Source: Oikopleura dioica
Lineage: Eukaryota; Animalia; Chordata
NCBI GenBank assembly: GCA_907165135.1
Contig: OU015567.1
Coordinates: 9,548,001-9,612,000, forward strand
DNA: 64,000 bases
Reading direction: 5' to 3'
In this document: positions 53,619-64,000 of the stretch, one piece after another
Layout of the letters: each line of letters starts with the position of its first letter
Position numbering within the stretch: the stretch's first letter is position 1
Notes under the pieces: model-generated
Told to the model about the DNA's origin: nothing
Databases searched by the model: none
Seen by the model: the letters and a program-made list of their open reading frames with translations, nothing else
Made by a program: the position numbers and the translations under genes

Positions 53619-54922
53619 TATTCTCTTCTTCTTTTAATTTTGGATCTCTTCGTTGATTTCAGTAAGACTCTTTTTTCGTTTTCTTATTTAGCGATTTATG
53701 CGCGCGTTTGTATTCGTCAGGATCTTCTGGGGCGTCGCACTAATTGACGATTTACTAGTTTTCGAAAAAAAAAGAAAGAGAAAGGGTTCTTGTTTGCCAA
53801 GTAGGGAGAACTTGAACTTGGATTACGGATCCTTGTTCCCTAATCTTGATCGGGCCTGGATGATCCAGAGCTCAGGAGGATTTCTTTTGTCTACTTCTCT
53901 TTTCGGGGTGTTAAATTATTGGGGAAGAGTTTGAAATTACTGTACCAACTTAGTTTTTTTTCGGATATCTTTTCTCGATAAAATAAATTGACGTGTCCTT
54001 CTTGATCTGAAAGGGATGAAAAGTGAGGGAGTGTAAACCTCACTTTGCATGGTAATGACATTGTCTATGTCGACACCTGTCGATCGTAATTTATACCTCT
54101 GCGAAAATACTTTATCATCATACTTCCACTATAGCTGTAAATCACCTCCGTAGAATAACCTCAGTTTTACCTCGAATAGTTGTCAAGACTCTTATTTTTC
54201 AAAAGTTCACTCTCTCGACTTCAAAAGCAGGCTCTGCGAAGCCCTGGGTCTGGCAATCAGTTAATCAAGTGAAACATTTATGGAACAGCTTTATTTCTTC
54301 CGTGCAATTGACGCATGCGGCCTGCCTCTCGTTATAGCAGGGCAAATTAGAAATTTATACGAGTTTTTCTTTTCCAATTAAAGTACTCGACTTATTTTGA
54401 AAGACCAAAATCCACGTGATTAAGCTTTGCATTTTTAACAGCAATCCAGGCGGAGTTTAAACTTTTTTCCTTATGAAAATTACAGTAATTAAAAGATAAG
54501 GATTAACCCTAATAGCCAATGAGTAATAGAGCTTGGGTATTTAAAGGGTTCTCAAAAATATTTTTTGCAGAAAATTTATTATAAAATTTTTGAAAAAAGG
54601 CATACTCTCATAAAAACAAAAACCGATAAATTTATTTGAAAATGCTTGCTCGAAGGTCAACAAAATATTTGCCCTGAGCAAAAACGATCTCCGCTTGCGT
54701 TTTCTTTCATTTGATTGTCTCAAACGTCGTTACATTGTGTACCCAGAGAAGCTGCTAGAAAAGGTCGTTGTTTGATGGGGCGGAAATTGTGAGTCACTCG
54801 TAACTTTTTTGCGATTCACAATTCAGGAAATAACATAGTTATTTTAATCTTCTAGAGCCGTCGCAGCAACACTTTTCGCCGCGTTTTTGGTAAACAGATA
54901 CTTTACCCCTTGGTTTTTCGAG

Positions 54923-55573
54923 ATGGGTGCTAACAACTCAAGGTACAACGATTTTTTATTTTGATTTTGATTAAATTGGGTACAAGCTTGAAAGATGTCA
55001 AATTTGGCGATCTCGAGGCAAAAGACATTGATGGAGCTACAGTGAAAATGAGCGAGTTCCTTGGCAGTCCGACAATTGTTGTAAATGTTGCGTCGCAATG
55101 AGGCGTGACTGACCGAGAGTATACCCAACTTCAGGAACGGTTCTCAGCTCATGAATAAACAAGCTCTCATAACTCAGATGTGACCTAATTAAAGCAACTT
55201 AAAAATACTTTCGGCGACGACCTTAACATACTCGCTTTTCCCTGCAATCAATTTGGCAAGCAAGAGCCCGGAAGCGCCCAAGAAATCAAAGAATTTGTTA
55301 AAAAGTAAGTCCAAAAAACCTAGCCAAGTTGTCATTTTCTTAAGATATAATTTCACTGGCCGACTTTTCTCCAAAATTGACGTGAATGGAAACGATGCTC
55401 ATCCAGTATTCCAGTGGCTAAAAGCACAAAAAGCAGGGGCCGGAACACTGACTGACAATGTCAAGTGGAACTTCACGAAGTTTCTGCTCGATAAGCAAGG
55501 CAATGTCGTCGGCAGATGGGGCACTGTCACCGCCGCTGGAGATTTGGAAAAAGAAATTAGAAAGCTTTTATAA
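54923..55573 (+). CDS. Selenocysteine glutathione peroxidase (GPx4/PHGPx-like)
   Basis: VNVASQ-TGA(55099-55101)-[17 protein letters not shown] and [10 protein letters not shown]. One GA-AG intron (55135-55194). Confidence 0.92.
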
Positions 55574-55650
55574 GAAATCTCTGTTTGAAACATTTGAACG
55601 ATACTTTAGCTTGCAGATAACCAGCTGAAGGGTTTATTTCAAGCGTGCTC

Positions 55651-55726
55651 GGGATTTGATTTTGAACGAATGAAGGCTTTCATGAAACCAAAGTCTTGGA
55701 CAGAAAGATCTGACAAACTCAAAGTC
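55651..55726 (+). promoter_or_regulatory. Type II SECIS element in the GPx 3' UTR
   Basis: Helix I (GGATTTGATTTTG / CAAACTCAAAGTCT), ATGA...GA core, helix II AGGCTTTC / GAAAGATCT, AAA bulge and a CCAA/TTGG apical mini-helix. Confidence 0.85.
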
Positions 55727-55999
55727 TGTCCCGCAGCGCAAAAGTATTTTTCAATTGTTTTTAGAAATAAAGATTAAGAAAAAAAAAAAAGATTTTAACT
55801 TGATCTCCGTCGTTTTCTTCAAAAAAAGCATGCTGATATATTAAGAGCATAGTTAACTTGCATAAGTTGGTTTCGCAAATTTCACGGACGCCTCAATTGT
55901 TTACCGCTCTCAGCCGCAGCATTACTCTACTAGTTATCGAGCTCTTTTTGCTCGGCAAAAGCTTCATACTAGAATAGCTCCGAGTCCAAGTCGCACAAA

Positions 56000-57358
56000 A
56001 TGAAACTTTTAAGCATTTTTCTTGTCGCCGCTGTTTTTGGACAGGAGAAAGCTGAGAAGCCAGAGAATTGGTGGAAACTACAGAAGATCAAGCAAAACCG
56101 TCTAGAGAGAATGCAAAGGAAGCAGATGACATCGACAAAGGTCATTACAACAACCGAGGCACCAACAACTACGACATCTACAACAACCACAACGGCATTC
56201 GTCAAGCCTAGAAAGACCAATAAAAAGAAGAGAAAGAACCGCAAAAATGGCAAAAACGTTGACTATTCAACCTACTTCGATTTGAACACAGAAAATCTTG
56301 CCCTTGACGATGTCACTAACCCAAAATCACCAAATGACAAAAATAAAAGCATTTTTTCGATGGGCCGAAGTCAAGGAAAAGGTCAAGATAATGGCATTCA
56401 TCCGAATACGCGAAAGATAGCTGGAATGCTCAGGAACCGGTTGAAAAAAAACGACTCTAAAAATAGATACGGTTAATACTTTGAGTCATCGTTTCCAACT
56501 CTTACGATAAGACACCGAATGCTCGCAATGGGAATCCAAATTCGCTTCCTGGATTTACTTGGCTACGGGTGCTGGTGTTCATTCCTTATCAGACATGATT
56601 TACGGTATGCACGTTTCATAGTACGATATGCGCTTAATAAATATATCTATCGTTAGACCACGGAACAAGGAACCGTCGGATAAGATCGACGAAATCTGCC
56701 GCAAATGGTCAAAGTGCCACGAATGCTCCTCAATTGATAGCTACTATCAATGTTCTGCCCAAGGACACGATGTTTATCAAGTACAGGGAATAATTGCAAC
56801 GGGAAAATTTACATGCGCCAGTAAGTAAAAATCCTTTTGATTGATATTTTTTCCCAAACCAAAGTCCGGAACAGGCGATTCCTACGGGCTCCTGATTGAT
56901 ATACTAAGTCAGAATAGTAAGCTTATAATTTTCAGGTAACGAGGACAGTTGCGCTCTACGTGCATGCGAATGCGATACGGAACTTGTTTACAAGGTAATC
57001 AATCATTCAAGGAAGTTTGCTCACTAATTTTTTTGTCTTCAGCTTTCCGATCTATTGGCGAACGACCCGAAGAACTTTAACATAATGAACAGCTACGAAA
57101 AGGGCTTTAGTCCCTATTTCCAGTGCATCGAAAAAAGAATGATGACCGATAGAAAGTCTGATAAATGCTGTGGACAGTTTCCCGACCGGTAAGTCAATGT
57201 CTTAGTTTAAGCGGTACGAATAGTTCAGATTTCCATTCTGGTCAAATATGAGCCAAAAAGCCTGCTGCGGGTCCAAAACTTACGATGTCAACCTGTTTGA
57301 CTGCTGCCAAGGAGCCAAGCTTGTGCCAAAATCTATGACCTGCCCTAGACAATTGTAA
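56000..57358 (+). CDS. Secreted Cys-rich protein with a phospholipase A2-like domain
   Basis: Signal peptide, Thr-rich and basic N-terminus, LLGYGCWC...DKIDEICRKWSKCHEC...CALRACECD...KCCGQFP...ACCG, with GT-AG introns. Confidence 0.75.
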
Positions 57359-58029
57359 ATAACTCCCTGCTTGTTCTTTTTTAAAATACACATAACTTCG
57401 ATATCACCAGACTTTATTTAAATCAGATTCTTCAGGAATAAGAATTTCAAAGCGTTGTATTTGTTCATGGTTAGTAAAGTAACGAATAACGGCACGTATC
57501 TGTTGCTCAGAGATTTTTACAAAGGAAGGGAAGGGTTGAGCTACAGTTAGGTGGAAAAGATCTTCAGAAGAAGATTGTTGAATCTGGGTTGGCCGGCGGC
57601 GTGAAACGGAGGCTGGCGAGGTTCAAAACCGATTGTGAGCTTTGCCAGCCCCGGATTCACGAAAGAGTCACGCAGATGAATCTCGGAGAGTTTCACCACG
57701 TTAGGGGGCGCGCAAGCCTCCGCAGACGAAAATTGCGAATTTTGTTAGTAACTGTTCAAGAAGATAATGTTCAAATGTACTTTTGTACTCAGTAATTGAT
57801 ACCGCGATTTGGTAGAAAGAAAATTGTCTCGTGGGGCACCAGTTATGACATCTGGAGTTCAAATCGAAATTAATCGGAAAAGAAGAGCCTAAGCACTTGT
57901 TCGTTGAAACTCAGAATGTTGGTTTTCATTTTTTTAGTTTTGGTTAAAAGGCTAAAATTTAAAGCGATAGAGAAAATAAAGTAAGAGAGAAAGATAGCTT
58001 TCCCGATAATGACGAGAAAGATCCTCGAT

Positions 58030-61000
58030 TTACATCATTTGTCGGGCGAGAGCGAATCCTCGGCTTTGATCAGTGCCTGGTCCAACTGGCTCTCGGATTT
58101 GAGATACCTGTCGTTTCAAGACCTTAAAATGTTATTTCCTATTTTTGATAAGCTTTTGTACCTTTTCAGTAGCAAAACCAGGGCTAAGCTTTCCTGAGTT
58201 GTCATCTGAGATCTCTGAGAGATTGTCTCCATGTCCAGAATCTTGGCTAAACGAAGAGATAGGATTTCATTGTTAAATATCTAATTTACCAGGAGCCAGA
58301 AATGATAGATTTATCTAGGGTTCCGCACGATTGGAGGACCTTATTTTTCAAAATCCGAATCCTTATTATATCAAAAATAGACTTTGTATAAACTATGGGT
58401 TTTCGAATACGGCGAAAAAAATGATGACAATAATATTCCGATTCACCATCGGAGTCGCCGATTTCTCTCGGTTTTTCATACTTCTAGTGGCAGCACAAAC
58501 TTTTCTTTAACACTGTAGATAGAATCAACCCTAAAAATCACAAATCTGCAAAAACAAATTTAAAAAAATTCAAGGTTTTAATGTGCTGTCCATTTGAAAA
58601 TTATCCATTATTTATCATTATGTGAAAATTGAGGAGGCGCGCTCTGATTGGCTGATGAGGAAGACATTCTCAAGGGTCGATTTGAAGGAAGATTATTCTA
58701 AGCTTCCGCGATTTTGTCCTTGTTGGTGAATAAGCCCTTTCTCGATAAAATTTTAAATAGAAACCATAACAAAGTAAAAATCTTGGATAATTTGACTTTT
58801 AACAACAATGGGTGAGGGCGGGGTTGGGGACATAACTGAGATTGATCACCTCAGAGTCCAACGCCGATCTCAAGCCCCTTAAATTAAAAAATCAAGGAAC
58901 GGGGCTGAAACGGCCCGAAGGGCCGTCAAGCCCCTTAAATTAAAAATCAAGGAACGGGGCTGAAACGGCCCGAAGGGCCGTCAAGCCCCTTAAATTAAAA
59001 ATCAAGGAACGGGGCTGAAACGGCCCGAAGGGCCGTCAAGCCCTTAAATTAAAAATCAAGGAACGGGGCTGAAACGGCCCGAAGGGCCGTCAAGCCCCTT
59101 AAATTAAAAATCAAGGAACGGGGCTGAAACGGCCCGAAGGGCCGTCAAGCCCCTTAAATTAAAAATCAAGGAACGGGGCTGAAACGGCCCGAAGGGCCGT
59201 CAAGCCCCTTAAATTAAAAAATCAAGGAACGGGGCTGAAACGGCCCGAAGGGCCGTCAAGCCCCTTAAATTAAAAATCAAGGAACGGGGCTGAAACGGCC
59301 CGAAGGGCCGTCAAGCCCCTTAAATTAAAAATCAAGGAACGGGGCTGAAACGGCCCGAAGGGCCGTCAAGCCCTTAAATTAAAAATCAAGGAACGGGGCT
59401 GAAACGGCCCGAAGGGCCGTCAAGCCCCTTAAATTAAAATCAAGGAACGGGGCTGAAACGGCCCGAAGGGCCGTCAAGCCCTTAAATTAAAAATCAAGGA
59501 ACGGGGCTGAAACGGCCCGAAGGGCCGTCAAGCCCCTTAAATTAAAAATCAAGGAACGGGGCTGAAACGGCCCGAAGGGCCGTCAAGCCCCTTAAATTAA
59601 AAATCAAGGAACGGGGCTGAAACGGCCCGAAGGGCCGTCAAGCCCCTTAAATTAAAAATCAAGGAACGGGGCTGAAACGGCCCGAAGGGCCGTCAAGCCC
59701 TTAAATTAAAAATCAAGGAACGGGGCTGAAACGGCCCGAAGGGCCGTCAAGCCCTTAAATTAAAAATCAAGGAACGGGGCTGAAACGGCCCGAAGGGCCG
59801 TCAAGCCCCTTAAATTAAAAATCAAGGAACGGGGCTGAAACGGCCCGAAGGGCCGTCAAGCCCCTTAAATTAAAAATCAAGGAACGGGGCTGAAACGGCC
59901 CGAAGGGCCGTCAAGCCCCTTAAATTAAAAATCAAGGAACGGGGCTGAAACGGCCCGAAGGGCCGTCAAGCCCTTAAATTAAAAATCAAGGAACGGGGCT
60001 GAAACGGCCCGAAGGGCCGTCAAGCCCCTTAAATTAAAAAATCAAGGAACGGGGCTGAAACGGCCCGAAGGGCCGTCAAGCCCCTTAAATTAAAAATCAA
60101 GGAACGGGGCTGAAACGGCCCGAAGGGCCGTCAAGCCCCTTAAATTAAAAATCAAGGAACGGGGCTGAAACGGCCCGAAGGGCCGTCAAGCCCCTTAAAT
60201 TAAAAAATCAAGGAACGGGGCTGAAACGGCCCGAAGGGCCGTCAAGCCCCTTAAATTAAAATCAAGGAACGGGGCTGAAACGGCCCGAAGGGCCGTCAAG
60301 CCCCTTAAATTAAAAAATCAAGGAACGGGGCTGAAACGGCCCGAAGGGCCGTCAAGCCCCTTAAATTAAAAATCAAGGAACGGGGCTGAAACGGCCCGAA
60401 GGGCCGTCAAGCCCCTTAAATTAAAAATCAAGGAACGGGGCTGAAACGGCCCGAAGGGCCGTCAAGCCCCTTAAATTAAAAAATCAAGGAACGGGGCTGA
60501 AACGGCCCGAAGGGCCGTCAAGCCCCTTAAATTAAAAAATCAAGGAACGGGGCTGAAACGGCCCGAAGGGCCGTCAAGCCCCTTAAATTAAAAAATCAAG
60601 GAACGGGGCTGAAACGGCCCGAAGGGCCGTCAAGCCCCTTAAATTAAAAAATCAAGGAACGGGGCTGAAACGGCCCGAAGGGCCGTCAAGCCCCTTAAAT
60701 TAAAAAATCAAGGAACGGGGCTGAAACGGCCCGAAGGGCCGTCAAGCCCTTAAATTAAAAATCAAGGAACGGGGCTGAAACGGCCCGAAGGGCCGTCAAG
60801 CCCTTAAATTAAAAATCAAGGAACGGGGCTGAAACGGCCCGAAGGGCCGTCAAGCCCTTAAATTAAAAATCAAGGAACGGGGCTGAAACGGCCCGAAGGG
60901 CCGTCAAGCCCCTTAAATTAAAAATCAAGGAACGGGGCTGAAACGGCCCGAAGGGCCGTCAAGCCCCTTAAATTAAAAAATCAAGGAACGGGGCTGAAAC

Positions 61001-63890
61001 GGCCCGAAGGGCCGTCAAGCCCCTTAAATTAAAAATCAAGGAACGGGGCTGAAACGGCCCGAAGGGCCGTCAAGCCCCTTAAATTAAAAATCAAGGAACG
61101 GGGCTGAAACGGCCCGAAGGGCCGTCAAGCCCCTTAAATTAAAATCAAGGAACGGGGCTGAAACGGCCCGAAGGGCCGTCAAGCCCCTTAAATTAAAAAA
61201 TCAAGGAACGGGGCTGAAACGGCCCGAAGGGCCGTCAAGCCCTTAAATTAAAAAATCAAGGAACGGGGCTGAAACGGCCCGAAGGGCCGTCAAGCCCTTA
61301 AATTAAAAAATCAAGGAACGGGGCTGAAACGGCCCGAAGGGCCGTCAAGCCCTTAAATTAAAAATCAAGGAACGGGGCTGAAACGGCCCGAAGGGCCGTC
61401 AAGCCCCTTAAATTAAAAATCAAGGAACGGGGCTGAAACGGCCCGAAGGGCCGTCAAGCCCCTTAAATTAAAAAATCAAGGAACGGGGCTGAAACGGCCC
61501 GAAGGGCCGTCAAGCCCCTTAAATTAAAATCAAGGAACGGGGCTGAAACGGCCCGAAGGGCCGTCAAGCCCCTTAAATTAAAAATCAAGGAACGGGGCTG
61601 AAACGGCCCGAAGGGCCGTCAAGCCCTTAAATTAAAAATCAAGGAACGGGGCTGAAACGGCCCGAAGGGCCGTCAAGCCCCTTAAATTAAAAATCAAGGA
61701 ACGGGGCTGAAACGGCCCGAAGGGCCGTCAAGCCCCTTAAATTAAAAATCAAGGAACGGGGCTGAAACGGCCCGAAGGGCCGTCAAGCCCCTTAAATTAA
61801 AAATCAAGGAACGGGGCTGAAACGGCCCGAAGGGCCGTCAAGCCCCTTAAATTAAAAATCAAGGAACGGGGCTGAAACGGCCCGAAGGGCCGTCAAGCCC
61901 CTTAAATTAAAAAATCAATGAACGGGGCTGAAATGGCCATCCGTGTTTTCCAAGCTAGAAAGCTTTTGAAAAAAATGAGACACGGGTTGGATTCGAGCTC
62001 GCCATCTCGTCTGCGCGAAGAGAAGCGCTCACCACTCAGCCAACTCCAGGGTGACAGCGCAGTGCAGTACTCGATTCATATTCCCGCGAAGAGCGCCAGC
62101 CAATCAGCGCGCAGCAGGCCTCCTTGGCAAAATATACTTTGAAGCCCTTAAAAGGGCTGAAGGGGGATTTTCTGGAAAAACAGAGGCCAGGAATGAATTT
62201 CTAGGCATTATTTTGGTGGAATCTCCAAATTTTATTAAAATGAAAAATTTTGGTCCAATCGTGCGGAACCCTAGATTTATCGTCAGAAATAGAAGAACCA
62301 TCGTCAGATCCAAGCTTGCCCTGAGCAGCAAGTCGATCTTGTCTGTAAAGAGTTCTTCGCATTCGCGGTCCCAAAAGGGCCAATCTCATTCCAGTTTCAC
62401 TGAATAAAAACTTTAACCAGCCGTTGTTATCTTTTCCGGACTCACCAGAAATTCTCTTTGAGCTCTCTGACAGCCTTGAGGGCTGCTTCAGAGCTTTCAA
62501 AATCAACGACGGCGCAGAGGCTGTCTCCAATGTCCGGCACTTGGGTGGCGTAGTTGCGCAAGTCAGAAGGAACCTCCTTGCCTGGCCGGAGGAGTCGGAC
62601 GAGGCCGATGTCTCCGTACTCGCGGAACATGGTGGTGATCTGGTCAACGCTGTCGAACTCTGGAGGCACTCGGATCGCAACAACAGAAGTGAGCAGTCTT
62701 GGCTTTCGGAGGGTTTCCGGAAGGATGTCTCGTCGTTTGACACGGTACCCTTGAAGTAAAGACGTTATATCACGTTTATGGTCACTTTTGTTTTTCCGAA
62801 ATTTTGAGGTCTTTTTAGATTTCTATATTTTTATTATTCCAAAAATGAAAAATTTGGAAAAAAATATAAACACCAATTTTAACAGGCTTTTATGGTTATT
62901 TCTTAATCAATCATTACCTTCAGGTGAAACCTCCAGCTGCGGAGCTAATTTGAGAGCATGTCGAACAACTCGCCAGTCTCTTGTGAGCTTTTTGACCTTT
63001 TTGAAGCTTGTCATAAGCTTTTTTCTTGGTTCACAACTGAGCTTCTGTACTTAATTGATGTTGAATAAGAATAAATTTGCTAAAAAACTTCGAGAAATAA
63101 AAGTTAGGAACCATTCCTTGATGGAGATATAGCCCTCGGATTTGCATCGGATTTGTCGGAGGAGATATTTGTCTTTGGCAAGGTACTCGTCGGAAAGATA
63201 ATACTCCACCTGATCGATGATAGCTTCTGATTCTTCCTGAGTTGGCGCGTCGTAGTCGCCCTCGTCCGAGTACTGGATCACACCGGAATCATTCGACGAG
63301 CCACCTAGTTTTCAAAACAGTTACAATCTGGGGATTAGAAGATAGGAGCATCAGCGACTGATGCTGAACCTGATTCTCCAGAGTTGCGACGCTGTCGTGG
63401 AGATTTTGAGTTGTCGTTGATGCGCATGCGCTCTGCTTGTTGAGCGATTTCCTCAATCTCAGCAAGTTGAATGCTGCCGCGTTGCTTGATTGGGACGTAT
63501 TTGTTCTGAACAAGAAAGGTTATTTCATTTCCTTCGAACCATGTTCAATAGTGCTAGGCCTCATGATGAGCATTTTATCAAATCATTAAAATTCAGTTTT
63601 TTTCCTTACTCTCATTATTGGCGCGCTCTTATGGTGTTTACCTTTGAGGGAGATTTTCTTCCTCGTGAGTTTGATTTCTTGCCGCTGGAGTTGATAGAGT
63701 CACGTGAGTCGATGGAACTGTTGTGTGATTCAGTGCGAACGAGACCTTCGCCGTTGTGGCCCAGGAAAGCATCGGGATGGCCTCCTGCTGGGATAAAGAC
63801 GGGAATTTGTTCGGCTGGCCAGGGCATGAAGGGGTGATGGGGGCTCGGATGGGCCGAGTATGCTGGCACGAAGCCTCCCACAGGAGCATA
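58030..63890 (-). CDS. LARP6: La-related protein 6 (Acheron), 5' end beyond the resolved region, interrupted by element C
   Basis: La motif QVEYYLSDEYLAKDKYLL...GYISIK...LMTSFKKVKKLTRDWR, RRM YGDIGLVRLLRPGKEVP...CAVVDFE, and C-terminal LSA-like IREPVGPGTDQSRGF ending at the stop at 58030. Confidence 0.92.
58316..62273. mobile_element. Non-autonomous hAT derivative (3958 bp), element C, inverted relative to B
   Basis: Same 20-bp TIR and 8-bp TSD GATTTATC (58308-58315, 62274-62281). About 370 bp at each end is homologous to the opposite ends of B. Confidence 0.96.
58871..61934. repeat. Tandem satellite, about 55 copies of a 54-56-bp unit
   Basis: Unit CAAGCCCCTTAAATTAAAAATCAAGGAACGGGGCTGAAACGGCCCGAAGGGCCGT. 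Copies differ almost only in C- and A-run length. Confidence 0.98.
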
Positions 63891-64000
63891 TCTGAAAGGA
63901 AAGAAATGCTTATCTTGCGATAATTAATGAGAGAGTACATAAGTTGGCATCCAAAGTGGCGGCTATTTGCACGATTTGGCTCACTCTGAGCGTTTAGAAG

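Noticed and set aside
58871-61934. CRISPR array or hammerhead-ribozyme satellite
   Set aside because: There are no unique spacers and the context is eukaryotic. CTGAAAC resembles hammerhead core pieces, but CUGANGA plus a separate GAAA and a three-way junction are absent on both strands.
58871-61934. Higher-order repeat structure from 54/55/56-bp variants
   Set aside because: Variation is confined to homopolymer length with no clear period, and is indistinguishable from long-read error.

Overview
Eukaryotic, gene-dense DNA with 40-70 nt introns, some non-canonical GA/GG/GC splice donors and operon-like gene spacing. This fits the appendicularian tunicate Oikopleura (inference). Host genes: TRMU, NAT10 (with nested MGAT5 and RING-H2 genes), a TRBP/PACT-like dsRBM gene, two AA15 LPMOs, TIM23, an NDUFA1-like gene, an ankyrin protein, AP3D1, a TTBK-like kinase, a divergent histone H3, a PX-SH3-SH3 protein, a calmodulin-like gene, a selenocysteine GPx with SECIS, a PLA2-like secreted protein and LARP6. 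A 6.9-kb near-identical tandem duplication spans 4866-18689. The main result is one hAT transposon family (TIR TAGGGTTCCGCACGATTGGA, 8-bp TSDs) in three states. One is a 570-bp MITE. One is a 5.2-kb apparently autonomous copy encoding a spliced DDE transposase plus a divergent ORF with an EP400/SRCAP/Domino HSA-like motif. One is a 4-kb derivative whose interior is about 55 copies of a 55-bp hairpin satellite, related to motifs inside the autonomous copy and inserted in a LARP6 coding exon. All protein identities are from remembered motifs; no database search was run.
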